From the NCBI GenBank assembly GCA_963797665.1, contig CAWCQE010000023.1:219845-283844 (forward strand): a stretch of DNA of 64,000 nt, read 5' to 3'. Within the stretch, counting starts at the first letter, position 1. The number at the start of each line of letters is the position of its first letter. The position numbers and the translations under genes were made by a program. The notes under the pieces are model-generated. The model saw only the letters and a program-made list of their open reading frames with translations, ran no database searches and was not told the DNA's origin. Source of the DNA: an uncultured Actinomycetes bacterium (GTDB lineage: Bacteria > Actinomycetota > Thermoleophilia > Solirubrobacterales > 70-9). Shown in pieces: positions 12,588-22,805 of the stretch.

Positions 12588-13949
12588 ATGGAGCGGCTTT
12601 TCGAAACCGGCGAGGAGCGGCGTCGGCGCACGAGCGTCCCGCCCGCCGAGGCGCCGCTTGCCCGTGCGGGCGCGGCCGCGGACGCTGGACGAGCTGGTCG
12701 GTCAGGAGCACCTGCTCGCCGAGGGGTCGCCGCTGCGCATCGCGGTCGAGACCGGGGAGCCCCACTCGGCGATCTTCTACGGCCCCCCCGGCTCCGGCAA
12801 GACCACCCTCGCCCGCATCATCGCCGAGGCCGCACGGGGCGCCTTCGAGGAGGAGTCCGCCGTGAACGCCGGGCGTGCGGAGGTGCGGGCGGTGATCGAG
12901 CGCGCCGAGGAACGACGCCGCGCCTCGGGGCAGCCGACGATCTTCTTCCTCGACGAGATCCACCGCTTCAACAAGGCTCAGCAGGACGCCCTCCTGCCGG
13001 CGGTCGAGGAGGGGCTCCTGACCCTGATCGGCGCGACCACCGAGAACCCATACTTCGAGGTGAACTCGGCGCTGCTCTCCCGAGCGCAGATCTACGAGCT
13101 TCATCCGCTCGCGCCGGGTGACCTCCGGCGGCTGCTCGATCGGGCGCTGGCCGACTCCGAGCGCGGCGTCGAGGACCCGCCCGAGGTCTCCGAGGAGGCG
13201 CTGGAGCTCCTGGCCGGACGATCGGACGGCGACGCGCGCGTCGGGCTGTCGGCGCTCGAGCGTGCGGTCGAGGCCGCTCGCGCCGCGGGCCATGCGGTCG
13301 ACCTGGACACCGCCGAGGATGCGCTCCAGCGAAAGGCGCTGACGTACGACCGCGAAGGCGATCGCCACTACGACTACATCTCGGCGTGGATCAAGGCCAC
13401 CCGCGCCTCCGATCCCGACGCCTCCCTGTACTACCTGGCCGTCATGCTGGAGGGCGGCGAGGACCCCCGCTTCATCGCCCGGCGGATGGTGATCCTCGCC
13501 TCTGAGGACATCGGCAACGCTGACCCGCAGGCGCTCGTCGTCGCAAGCGCCGCGGCCGACGCCGTCGATCGCGTCGGGCTTCCCGAGTGCCGGCTGAACC
13601 TCGCGCAGGCGGCGACTTACCTGGCGCTCGCGCCGAAGTCGAACGCCTCGTACCTGGGGCTGAAGCGGGCCCTCGCCCACGTCCGCGAGCATGGCGCGCA
13701 GCCGCCCCCACCGTACCTGCGCGACGCGCATTACCACGGCGCGCGCAAGCTCGGGCGCGGTGTCGGCTACGTCTATCCGCATGACGAGCCGGGAGGCGTG
13801 GCCGATCAGCAGGTGATCCCGGAGGGCATGGAACGCGAGCGCTTCTACGAGCCGACCGACCGTGGCTTCGAGGCGGAGTCTCGAGGCGCCTGGAGGAGCT
13901 GCGCCGCCGCCTGCGCCCTTCCCAGGGCGCGAGGTCCCGCACGAAGTAG
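12588..13949 (+). CDS. rarA: Replication-associated recombination protein A (AAA ATPase RarA/MgsA); apparent frameshifts near 12660 and 13875
   Basis: [20 protein letters not shown] (frame a) then [22 protein letters not shown]...[18 protein letters not shown] (Walker A)...[25 protein letters not shown] (Walker B/sensor)...C-terminal MgsA domain; natural end ...[21 protein letters not shown] at 13949 in a third frame. Confidence 0.75.
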
Positions 13950-14023
13950 CCCCCAGGTCGAGAGGTGCAGTTCCCGCGCATAGCGCGGATAACGCACCGC
14001 TCGGCGCAATATCATCGCCGTCG

Positions 14024-15595
14024 ATGGGGAAGCTCGAGTCGTTCAACCCGGCGACCGGCGAGCTCGTCGGGAGCGTCGAGACCATCAAGCCCGACGAGGT
14101 CCAGGGAGTCGTCGACGACGTCGCGCGAGGTCCAGCCGTTCTGGGCGCAGCTGACGCTCGCGGACCGGGCGCGGTACCTGCGCAAGGCCGCCGACGTGCT
14201 GGTCGAGGAGGTCGACGAGGTCGCCGAGCTCCTCACCCGCGAGCAGGGCAAGCCGATCACCGAGAGCTACACGATGGAGGTCGTCCCCACCATCGACGTG
14301 CTGCGCTGGTGCGCCAGCGCGGGCCAGAAGATCCTCGCGGACGAGCAGGTGCGGATGGGCCAGGCGCTCTTCCTCACCAAGCAGGCGAAGTTCAGCGTAC
14401 CAGCCGATGGGCGTCGTCGGCGTGATCGCGCCGTGGAACTACCCGTGGTCGATCCCGTTCGACGAGGTCGCGATGGCGCTGATGGCGGGAAACGGCGTCG
14501 TGCTGAAGCCGGCCAGCCTGACCCCGCTGCTCGGGGAGCGGATCCGCGAGACGTTCGAGAAGGCCGGGCTCCCCGAGGGCCTCGTCCGCGTCGTCCACGG
14601 CGGCGGGGCGATCGGCGCGGCCCTGTGCGAGTCGACGGCGCGGAAGATCTTCTTCACCGGCTCGGTCGAGGTCGGCCGCAAGGTCGGCGAGCTCTGCGCC
14701 CAGCGGCTCAAGGGCTCGGTGCTCGAGCTCGGCGGCAAGGACCCGCAGATCGTCTGCGCGGACGCCGACCTTCCCGAACGCGATCTCCGGTTGCGTGTGG
14801 GGCGGCTTCGCGAACGCCGGCCAGACGTGCTCGGGCATCGAGCGCACCTACGTCGTCAAGGAGGTCGCCGACAGGTTCATCGACGGCGTCGTGCGCCGCG
14901 CGAGCGAGCTGACGGTGGGCGACCCATGGAGTGGGAGACCGAGATCGGACCCGATGGTCTCCGAGGATCAGTTCGGCGTCGTGCAGCGAGCTCGTCGACG
15001 ACGCGCTGACGAACGGCGCGGAGCGCGTCGCCGGCGGGCCCCGCGAGGTCCCCGGCTTCACGGGCAAGTTCATCGCCCCGACCGTGCTCGCCGGCGTCGA
15101 GGACGAGATGCGGATCATGAAGGAGGAGATCTTCGGCCCGGTGCGTGCCGATCATCGTCGTCGACTCCGAGGAGGAGGCGATGGCCCGGGCCAACGACTC
15201 CAACTTCGGCCTCGGCGCGTCGGTCTGGACCAAGGACCGCGCAAAGGGCGAGCGGATGGCGAAGCGCGATCGAGTCCGGCATGGTGTGGATCAACGACCA
15301 CTCCTACACGCACGCCGCCTGCCAGTGCTCCTGGGGCGGCGTCAAGGACTCGGGCGTCGGCCGCTCGCACTCGAAGTTCGGCTTCTACGAGTGCGTCGAC
15401 GTCAAGCTCGTCGCCTGGGAGCCGGGCCGTACCCGCGACTTCTGGTGGCAGCCGTACGACCGGACCCTCGGCGAGGCCGTCCGCGCCACCGCCAGGCTGC
15501 TCTACGGCCGCAACGGCCAGCGCGTGCGGGCGCTGCGCGAGGGTGGGATCCCGCTTCTGCGGGTGACCGCCCGCACCCTGCGCAAGGACGCCTAG
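14024..15595 (+). CDS. NAD(P)-dependent aldehyde dehydrogenase family protein; about 5 apparent frameshifts
   Basis: Consecutive segments in alternating frames: MGKLESFNPATGELVG...; ...FWAQLTLADRARYLRKAADVLVEEVDEVAELLTREQGKPITES...; MGVVGVIAPWNYPWSIPF...VVLKPASLTPL...; GGFANAGQTCSGIERTYV (catalytic Cys); EEIFGPV...; ...IESGMVWINDHSY...GGVKDSGVGR (ALDH C-terminal motif). Confidence 0.7.
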
Positions 15596-15672
15596 CGCGG
15601 GCCGCGCAGCTTGCGTCCAGGCACGCATAGCGACCCTGGATTGCCAACGCTGAGAACGCGGGCGGGCCGCCC

Positions 15673-16329
15673 TACTGCTGTGGCCGCCTGACCGGTGAGT
15701 CGTCACGGCTACGCGGGCGGCGGGCGACCAGCCGCTCGCCTGGCTCGTGTTGCTCGCCTTCTCCGAGCGCGCCGCGACGTCGTAGGTGTGCCCTGCCCGA
15801 ACGCGGCACGGGCTTTCCAACGGCGCCGAAGGTCGCCTGCGCGGCCGTCACGTCGTTCTTCCAGACCTTCCACGCCCCGCCGTCGACCCGGTAGCGCACG
15901 TCGAACTTGCCGCCCGTGTCGTTGGACCCCGTCGACCACCTGACGCCGAACGAGCTGGCGGTCTTGTTGAAGATCTGAGGCCGGATCTTGATCGTGCCCT
16001 GCCATCCCGGAGCTGCGATGGAGCTCGCAGTAGTAGTGGAAGGATCCCGCCGACGGGATGACGGTGAACCCGCTTGGCTGTGGCTGCGTGAGGTCGCCCG
16101 GAGTAGAAGAGCTTGACGTCCTGGCGGACGTTGTGGCTGGAGGAGGTCGTCCCGTTGGTGCCCCACTGCCAGTGGATGCCGCCCGCGCCCACGTTCTTGG
16201 TCACGGTCTTCGGTCCGAAGGTGAGCGAGTTGTTGGGCCGACCGTGACCGTCGTGGTGGCCCGCCCGAACGCCAGCGCCGGAATGGCAAGCAGCACGAGC
16301 GTCGCGCCGATCAGGAAATAGCGCCTCAT
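15673..16329 (-). CDS. Secreted cupredoxin (plastocyanin/amicyanin-like blue copper) domain protein with C-terminal beta-sandwich (FN3-like) domain; apparent frameshifts
   Basis: Signal peptide MRRYFLIGATLVLLAIPALAFG; copper-ligand pattern H..(HNV)...FHYYCELHRSSGMAG (C-x2-H-x4-M); C-terminal FGVRWSTGSNDTGGKFDVRYRVDGGAWKVWKNDVT...GHTYDVAARSEKASNTS. Confidence 0.55.
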
Positions 16330-16466
16330 CTCAACCTCCCTGTGAATCCCTCGTCTCCCCTGCCTCCTGCGGCGGCACGGTCCGCTGGGCTCAGCTTAAT
16401 GAACACGGGCAGGAACCCCAAGCTCCCCTGCATGCCGCCCATGCCCGGCTGGGACAATCGCACCGA

Positions 16467-17223
16467 ATGACGGAGGCGACCTCGCTCCAACAACCCGTTG
16501 CGCGCGAGCGCTCGCGACAAGCGGGCGGTGCGGTCGAGCTCCGCGGTCTGTGGCGGGCGTTCGGCGACCGGGCGGTTTTGCGCGATGCCTCGATCGCGGC
16601 CCCGGTTGGCAGCACGCTGGCCGTGCTCGGGCCGAACGGTGCGGGCAAGACCACTCTCCTCCGGATTCTCGCCACGCTGCTGCGCCCGACGAGCGGCGAG
16701 GTCAGCGTTCTCGGCTGTGCGCTCCCGCGTGAGGCCTGGCGGGCCCGGGGCCGAATCGGGCTCCTCGGCCACGAGCCGCTCCTCTATCGCGACCTGACCG
16801 CCACGGAGAACCTCCGTTTCCATGGCCGCCTTCACGGCCTCGCGGATGAAGCGGCCCGGCGGGTCGACGAGCTGCTCGCGGCAGGTCCGCATGTCCCGGC
16901 GTGCCGACGAGCTGGTGCGAAACCTCTCGGCCGGCATGGTCCAGCGCTTGGCCGTGTGCCGGGTGCTTCTGCACGAGCCGGAGCTCCTGCTTCTGGACGA
17001 GCCGCGCTCCCATCTCGATCCGGAGGCCGGGGCGCTCGTCGAGCCGCTGCTGGGCCCCGCGCCGGGGCGGACCCGCGTTCTGGTCACGCACGAGGTCGAT
17101 GCCGCTCTGGCCGAGGCCGATCTCGTCCTGGCGCTCAAGGCGGGCGGCTCGGTCGCCTACGCCGGCCCCGCCAGCGGCCTGTCGGCGGGGGACGCGAGGG
17201 CCATCTACGGGGGCGCGCCGTGA
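16467..17223 (+). CDS. ccmA: Heme-exporter ABC transporter ATP-binding protein CcmA-like; apparent frameshift near 16880
   Basis: LAVLGPNGAGKTTLLRILATL (Walker A), LSAGMVQRLAVCRVLL (ABC signature), LLLLDEPRSHLD (Walker B), H-loop VTHE; short (about 250 aa) single-domain ATPase directly upstream of ccmB/ccmC. Confidence 0.7.
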
Positions 17224-17268
17224 CCGCGCACTGCTCAGGCGCGCGCGCAGCGCCGCGCGAGCTCGCTC

Positions 17269-17934
17269 GTGGCGCTGCGGGCGATCCTCATGAAGGACCT
17301 GCGGGTCGAGCTGCGGACGCTCCAGTCGGTGCCTGCCATGGCGCTGTTCGCCGTGACCACGTTCGTGATCTTCCGCTATGGGCTGGACAGGCAGTCGCTC
17401 AGCGGCGGCCTCGCAGCCGGGGTCCTCCTCGCCACGGTGCTGTTCGCGGCGATCATCGCGGTGAACAGACTGTTCGTCGCCGAGCGCGAGGAGGGGGGCT
17501 TCGACTCGATTCGCCTGGCCCCGGTCGACGGAACCGCGCTGCTCGGCGCGAAGGCCGCAGCGCTCGTGATCTACCTCGTCGTGCTGGAGACGATCGCCGT
17601 TCCCGTCTTCGCGCTCTTCTTTCTGCACTCGTGGAGCGGCATACCCCCGCTGGCGGGAGTCCTCCTGCTCGCCGACCTCGGCCTCGCCGCGACCGGCGTG
17701 CTCGTCTCCTCAATCGCGGCCAACTCCCGGGCGCGCGACCTCCTCGTGCCGCTCGTCCTGCTGCCGCTCCTGGTGCCGGTGATGATCGCGGCTGCCGGCG
17801 CGTCGCAGGAGCTGCTCGCCGCAGGCGGGCCGTCGTACGACGGAGTGGCGAAATGGCTGGCCGTGCTGGCCTTCTACGATATGACGTTCGCGGCGGTGGG
17901 CTTCGCCGTCTACGACTATCTCCTCGAGGACTGA
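17269..17934 (+). CDS. ccmB: Heme exporter protein CcmB (6-TM ABC permease)
   Basis: Polytopic membrane protein of the expected size between ccmA and ccmC; GTG start 3 codons... 45 bp after ccmA stop TGA 17221-17223. Confidence 0.7.
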   Translation: MALRAILMKDLRVELRTLQSVPAMALFAVTTFVIFRYGLDRQSLSGGLAAGVLLATVLFAAIIAVNRLFVAEREEGGFDSIRLAPVDGTALLGAKAAALVIYLVVLETIAVPVFALFFLHSWSGIPPLAGVLLLADLGLAATGVLVSSIAANSRARDLLVPLVLLPLLVPVMIAAAGASQELLAAGGPSYDGVAKWLAVLAFYDMTFAAVGFAVYDYLLED

Positions 17935-17956
17935 AGCACTCGCCGACGAGCCTCGC

Positions 17957-18706
17957 ATGAAGGTCCCAAGCCTCCGAACCAACGCCATCGCAGCCACGCT
18001 CGTCCTGTCCGCGGGCTTCGCGCTGGTCTTCTTCTACGCGCCTCTCGACGCCGACCAGGGATTCATCCAGAAGATCTTCTACCTGCATGTCCCGCTCGCG
18101 ATGTGCTCGCTGGCCGGGTTCGTCGTCGGCGGGATCCTTGCGATCGCTCATCTCCGGACCGGCGATCCGCGGTGGGACGCCCGCTCCTACGTCGCCATCC
18201 ACCTCTCGATCATCTTCGGCGTCGGCGTGCTGATCACGGGATCGATCTGGGCCCACGCCTCGTGGGGCAAGTGGTGGGTCTGGGATGAGCCGACGCTGGT
18301 GAGCTTTCTGATCGTGTTCCTGCTCTATGCGACGTACTACCCCTTGCGCTACGCGATCGAGGATCGCGACCGCCAGGCCCGCTACGCCTCGGTGTTCGCC
18401 ATCACGGCGGGCGCCTTCGTCCCGCTCAACTTCGTGGCGGTGCGGATGGCCCAGTCCCTCGTCCACCCGCGGGTCTTCGCCACCGCAAACGGCGGCCTGC
18501 CCGGCTCGATGCTCCTGACCTTCCTGGTGTGCCTGGCGGGGATGGCGCTCCTGTGGCTGGCGCTCGTGCGATTCGAGCTGGCCGCGAAGTCCGCGTCGGC
18601 GAGCCTGTCGCGGCTGCGGCGAGCGCTCGAGGGTGAGCCGGAGGTGCCCGCACCGGGATCGCGCGTCGCCCCCGGCGTTCCGTCCAGCGCGACGTCGGTG
18701 ACCTGA
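17957..18706 (+). CDS. ccmC: Heme exporter protein CcmC (heme-handling protein family)
   Basis: Trp-rich WWD motif WGKWWVWDEPTLVS and flanking conserved His residues; 6 predicted TM helices. Confidence 0.8.
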   Translation: MKVPSLRTNAIAATLVLSAGFALVFFYAPLDADQGFIQKIFYLHVPLAMCSLAGFVVGGILAIAHLRTGDPRWDARSYVAIHLSIIFGVGVLITGSIWAHASWGKWWVWDEPTLVSFLIVFLLYATYYPLRYAIEDRDRQARYASVFAITAGAFVPLNFVAVRMAQSLVHPRVFATANGGLPGSMLLTFLVCLAGMALLWLALVRFELAAKSASASLSRLRRALEGEPEVPAPGSRVAPGVPSSATSVT

Positions 18707-18978
18707 TGCCCGCGCTCCCACTGGATGAGGCCGGCAAGTACGTCGCGGCCGCATACCTCGTCTTTCTCGCCCTGATCCTGATCTACGTCGCACTCATGGC
18801 GGCGAAGCTCGCGAGGATCGACCGCGAGCTGTCCGAGCTGGCCGAGCTCGCCGAAGGAAACCGCCGTCCTGCAACCGATCCTCCCGGCGCGGACGCGGGA
18901 GCAGACCAAGATGCCCGAGGCGGAGCCGAGGGCAACATGTTCGAGCGAGAGCGGAGCAGCCGGGAGGAATTGGTGTGA
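18706..18978 (+). CDS. ccmD: Small single-TM protein, CcmD-like
   Basis: Start ATG overlaps ccmC stop (TGATG); single hydrophobic helix AAAYLVFLALILIYVALMAA followed by charged tail; position after ccmC. Confidence 0.45.
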   Translation: MPALPLDEAGKYVAAAYLVFLALILIYVALMAAKLARIDRELSELAELAEGNRRPATDPPGADAGADQDARGGAEGNMFERERSSREELV

Positions 18979-20318
18979 CCGCACTGCTCGCCTTGGGCAT
19001 CTCGCACAAGACCGCTCCGCTCGAGCTGCGCGAGCGCGTCGCGCTGACCGAGGGGCGGGCTGCAGGCGTCCTGCGCGAGCTCGTCGAGGCCCGCGAGGTC
19101 CAGGAGGTCGCTGCGATCTCGACCTGCAACCGGACCGAGCTCTATCTCGCGGCTCCGGATCCGGTGGGCGCCGAGGCGCTGGCCCTCGGCGTGCTGGCGC
19201 GAGAGGCGGGGACGCCGCCGACCGAGCTCGTCGGCCACCTGTACTCCCTGCGCGGGGCCGATGCCGCGCTTCACCTGTTTCGGGTCGCCGCGGGTCTCGA
19301 TTCGATGATCGTCGGCGAGGCCGAGGTGCAGGGTCAGGTCAAGCGTGCCTACGAGCTGGCGCTGGTGGAAGGGGCGACGGGACCGATCCTGAACCGCCTC
19401 TTCCGCGGCGCGCTCGCCGCCGGCAAGCGCGCGCGCTCCCAGACGGGCATCAGCGAGCGCGGCGTTTCGGTTCCGTCGGTCGCCGTCGAGCTCGCGCGGC
19501 GGACGCTCGGGGACCTGTCGAGCCGCCTCGTGCTGGTCGTCGGCGCCGGTGAGACCGCCGAGCTCACGGCCCGAGCGCTCGTGTCGCGAGGTGTCGAGCC
19601 CGCCTTCATCGCCAACCGCCGCTACGACCGGGCGATCGGACTCGCGCAGCGCTTCGGTGGGCGCGCGATCCGGTTCGAGGAGCTTCCGGAGCAGATGGCG
19701 GACGCGGACATCGTCGTCGCTTCCACCAGCTCGCCGCATCACGTGATCGAGCGCACCGAGCTCGCCCAGGTGATGGCGGCGCGCGCCGGGCGCCAGCTGC
19801 TGTTGATCGACCTCGCCGTCCCTCGTGATGTCCATCCAGACTGCCGTGACCTCGAGGGTGTGGGTCTCTTCGACATGGATGACCTCCAGAGGCTGGTCGA
19901 GCGAAACGCGTCCGGGCGCGAGGCCGAGGGCCGGCGCGCGGAGAGCATCCTGCGGACGGAGCTCGGGAGCTTCGAGCGCTGGATGGCATCGCAGAACGTC
20001 GTGCCGACGATCGCGGCCCTGCGCGCTCGGGCGGATGAGATCACGGCGCGCGTTCTCGCGGAGAACGAGCAGCGGTGGGAGTCGCTCAGCGATGGCGACC
20101 GCGAGCGCGTTCGGGCCATGGCCAGGGCGATCGCGAGCCGTCTGCTGCACGAGCCGACCCTGCGGCTCAAGCGCTCCTCCGGCGAGGAGGACGCGTACAT
20201 CTATGTGAACGCGCTCCGCGAGCTGTTCGGTCTCGACGCCGAGAGCGCGCCCGCGCGGAACGCGGACGCCGAGGTGCGGGCGCTTCGCGGCGCCCGGCGC
20301 GGTCGCTCAGCGACTTGA
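18975..20318 (+). CDS. hemA: Glutamyl-tRNA reductase
   Basis: LALGISHKTAPLELRE, catalytic STCNRTELY motif, NAD-binding LVVGAGETAELTARAL; GTG start overlapping ccmD stop. Confidence 0.9.
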   Translation: MTALLALGISHKTAPLELRERVALTEGRAAGVLRELVEAREVQEVAAISTCNRTELYLAAPDPVGAEALALGVLAREAGTPPTELVGHLYSLRGADAALHLFRVAAGLDSMIVGEAEVQGQVKRAYELALVEGATGPILNRLFRGALAAGKRARSQTGISERGVSVPSVAVELARRTLGDLSSRLVLVVGAGETAELTARALVSRGVEPAFIANRRYDRAIGLAQRFGGRAIRFEELPEQMADADIVVASTSSPHHVIERTELAQVMAARAGRQLLLIDLAVPRDVHPDCRDLEGVGLFDMDDLQRLVERNASGREAEGRRAESILRTELGSFERWMASQNVVPTIAALRARADEITARVLAENEQRWESLSDGDRERVRAMARAIASRLLHEPTLRLKRSSGEEDAYIYVNALRELFGLDAESAPARNADAEVRALRGARRGRSAT

Positions 20319-21205
20319 ATCAGGCCCAGGTCCTCAGGCTCGGCACGCGCGGGAGCCGCCTCGCCCTCGCGCAGGCGCAGGCGGTGGCGGACGCCATCGG
20401 GGACGCCGAGGTGATTCCCGTGCGGTCCACGGACTCCGAGCCCGGCGACAAGGAACGGTTCGTCCGCGGCGTGGAGCGGGCGCTCCTCGCGGGGGAGGTG
20501 GACCTGGGCGTTCACTCGGCCAAGGACCTGCCCGGCGACCGGCCGGACGAGCTCCGGCTCGCCGGCGTCAGCCGACGCGAGGATCCGCTGGACGCGTACG
20601 TCGGGGCGGCGTCCTCGCTGGGCGATCTGGAGGCCGGGTCGCGGATCGGGACCTCGAGCCTGCGGAGGCGTTCGCAGCTCCTGGCGTCGCGGGACGACCT
20701 GGAGGTGGTCGAGCTTCGCGGGAACGTCGACACCAGGCTTCGCAAGCTGGCCGAGGGCGACTACGACGGCATCGTGATCGCCGCCGCCGGGCTGCGCCGG
20801 CTCGGCCGGGAGTCGGAGATCTCCTTCACGTTCGCCATCTCCGAGCTCACCCCGGCGCCGGGGCAGGGCTCGCTCGCGATCGAGGCGCGACGGGACGACG
20901 CCTCGGCGGCGGTGGAGGCGGCACGGATCTCCGATCATGACGCGCTGGTGGAGCTGACGGCCGAGCGAGCGGCGGTCGTTGCGTTGAACGCGAGCTGTCA
21001 GACGCCCATCGGCGTCTGCGCGCGCATCGGCGACGACGAGCTCGTCCTGCACGGCTACGCCGGCCTACCCGACGGATCCGAGTGGGTTCGCGACCGGGTG
21101 GCGGGCGACCGCGAGCAGCCGGTGGCGTTGGGCGAGGCGCTCGCGGAGCGGATGCTGGTCGCAGGTGCCGGGGACATCCTCGAGCGCGCCGGGGCGGCGC
21201 TCTGA
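20315..21205 (+). CDS. hemC: Hydroxymethylbilane synthase (porphobilinogen deaminase)
   Basis: LRLGTRGSRLALAQA, ...RGNVDTRLRKL..., cofactor Cys region ALNASCQTPIGVCA; TTG start overlapping hemA stop. Confidence 0.85.
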   Translation: MNQAQVLRLGTRGSRLALAQAQAVADAIGDAEVIPVRSTDSEPGDKERFVRGVERALLAGEVDLGVHSAKDLPGDRPDELRLAGVSRREDPLDAYVGAASSLGDLEAGSRIGTSSLRRRSQLLASRDDLEVVELRGNVDTRLRKLAEGDYDGIVIAAAGLRRLGRESEISFTFAISELTPAPGQGSLAIEARRDDASAAVEAARISDHDALVELTAERAAVVALNASCQTPIGVCARIGDDELVLHGYAGLPDGSEWVRDRVAGDREQPVALGEALAERMLVAGAGDILERAGAAL

Positions 21206-22728
21206 TGGCGGCGGCGCGGCCCGGCGTCGTGTATCTGGTCGGGGCGGGACCCGGCGACCCCGGGCTGATGACGGTGCGCGGCGCGGCGCTCCTCGCGAGC
21301 GCCGACGTGATCCTCCACGACCGCCTGATCCCCGCCGGGGCGCTGCGGGGCGCACGGGAGGATGCCGAGGTCGCGTACGTCGGCAAGCGGCCGGGTGAGG
21401 CCGAGCTGCCGCAGACGGAGATCGAGCGCCGGATGATCGACCAGGCGCGCGCCGGCAGGAGCGTCGTCCGACTGAAGGGGGGCGACCCATTCGTGTTCGG
21501 GCGCGGCGGCGAGGAGGCCGAGGCGCTCGCCGAGGCCGGGATCCCGTTCGAGGTCGTCCCGGGCGTCACTGCGGGGGTTGCTGCCCCGGCCTATGCCGGG
21601 ATCCCGCTCACCCATCGCGACGATGCCTCCGCCGTCGCCTTCGTCGCGGGTCACGAGGACCCATCCAAGGATGGATCCGGGATCGACTGGGACTCGCTCG
21701 CGAGCTTTCCGGGCACGCTCGTCCTCTACATGGGCGTAAAGCGCGTCGGCGAGATCGTCGCTCGCCTGACGGGGGCGGGCAGGCGGGCGGACGAGCCCGC
21801 CGCCGCCATCGAGCGAGGCACGACGCCGGCGCAGCGCACGGTCGAGGCACCGCTGGCGGAGCTGCCGGACGCCGTGGCACGGGCGCGGATCAGCCCGCCG
21901 GCGATCGTCCTCACGGGCGCCGTCGCCGCGCGCCGCGAGACGATCGCCTGGCTCGAACGGCGACCGCTCTTCGGTCGGCGGGTGGTCGTGACCCGGGCAC
22001 GGGCGCAGGCCAGCGGGCTCGCGGCCACGCTCGCGGCGCTGGGAGCGGACGTCGTGGAGCTGCCGGCGATCCGGATCGAGCCACGGCTCGACTCGCCCGC
22101 GGTACGTGACGCCATCGGTTCGATCCACTCCTACGCCCTGATCTGCCTGACCAGCCCCAACGGAGCTCGGCTTCTGTTCCAGGCCCTGGACGAAGGCGGG
22201 CACGACTCGCGGGCCCTCGCGAACGCGACCGTCGCGGCGATCGGACCGGGGACGGCCGCCGCGCTCGCGGAGCGGGGCATTCGGGCCGACGTCGTTCCGG
22301 AGCGGTCGGTCGCCGAGGCGCTGGTCGAATCGCTCCTGGACGTCAACGTGGTGGGCCGCCCAGTACTCGTCGCCCGCGCGGCCGAGGCCAGGGACGTGCT
22401 GCCCGAGGCGCTTCGCGAGCGGGGCGCGAAGGTGGACGTCATCGGGCTTTACGAGACGGTGGCCGAGGAGCCCGACCTCGCGGCGCTGGAGGCCGCGGAG
22501 TCCGCCGACTACGTGACCTTTACGTCGTCGTCGACGGTGCGCAACTTCGTCGCGGTGGCCGGGAATCGGCTGCCGGGCGATGCGAGGATCGTCTCGATCG
22601 GACCGGTGACGAGCGACGAGGCGCGCGCCGCTGGCCTCGGGGTCGACGTGGAGGCCATTCGGCACGATCCAGACGGCCTCGTGGAGGCGCTGCTACTCGA
22701 CGCCGCCCAGCGAGCGGTTGTCGGTTGA
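21205..22728 (+). CDS. cobA-hemD: Bifunctional uroporphyrinogen-III C-methyltransferase / uroporphyrinogen-III synthase
   Basis: N-terminal SUMT domain VYLVGAGPGDPGLMTVRGAALL...VRLKGGDPFVFGRGGEE; C-terminal HemD domain RRVVVTRARAQASGLAATLAALGADVVELP...; ATG overlaps hemC stop (TGATG). Confidence 0.85.
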   Translation: MAAARPGVVYLVGAGPGDPGLMTVRGAALLASADVILHDRLIPAGALRGAREDAEVAYVGKRPGEAELPQTEIERRMIDQARAGRSVVRLKGGDPFVFGRGGEEAEALAEAGIPFEVVPGVTAGVAAPAYAGIPLTHRDDASAVAFVAGHEDPSKDGSGIDWDSLASFPGTLVLYMGVKRVGEIVARLTGAGRRADEPAAAIERGTTPAQRTVEAPLAELPDAVARARISPPAIVLTGAVAARRETIAWLERRPLFGRRVVVTRARAQASGLAATLAALGADVVELPAIRIEPRLDSPAVRDAIGSIHSYALICLTSPNGARLLFQALDEGGHDSRALANATVAAIGPGTAAALAERGIRADVVPERSVAEALVESLLDVNVVGRPVLVARAAEARDVLPEALRERGAKVDVIGLYETVAEEPDLAALEAAESADYVTFTSSSTVRNFVAVAGNRLPGDARIVSIGPVTSDEARAAGLGVDVEAIRHDPDGLVEALLLDAAQRAVVG

Positions 22729-22805
22729 CAGCGGCTCGGCGGCGTCCTTAGCCTTCCGGAAGGCCGTGGAGCCCAACCCAGGGCTCGGAGCCGCGTAGGG
22801 AGCAA

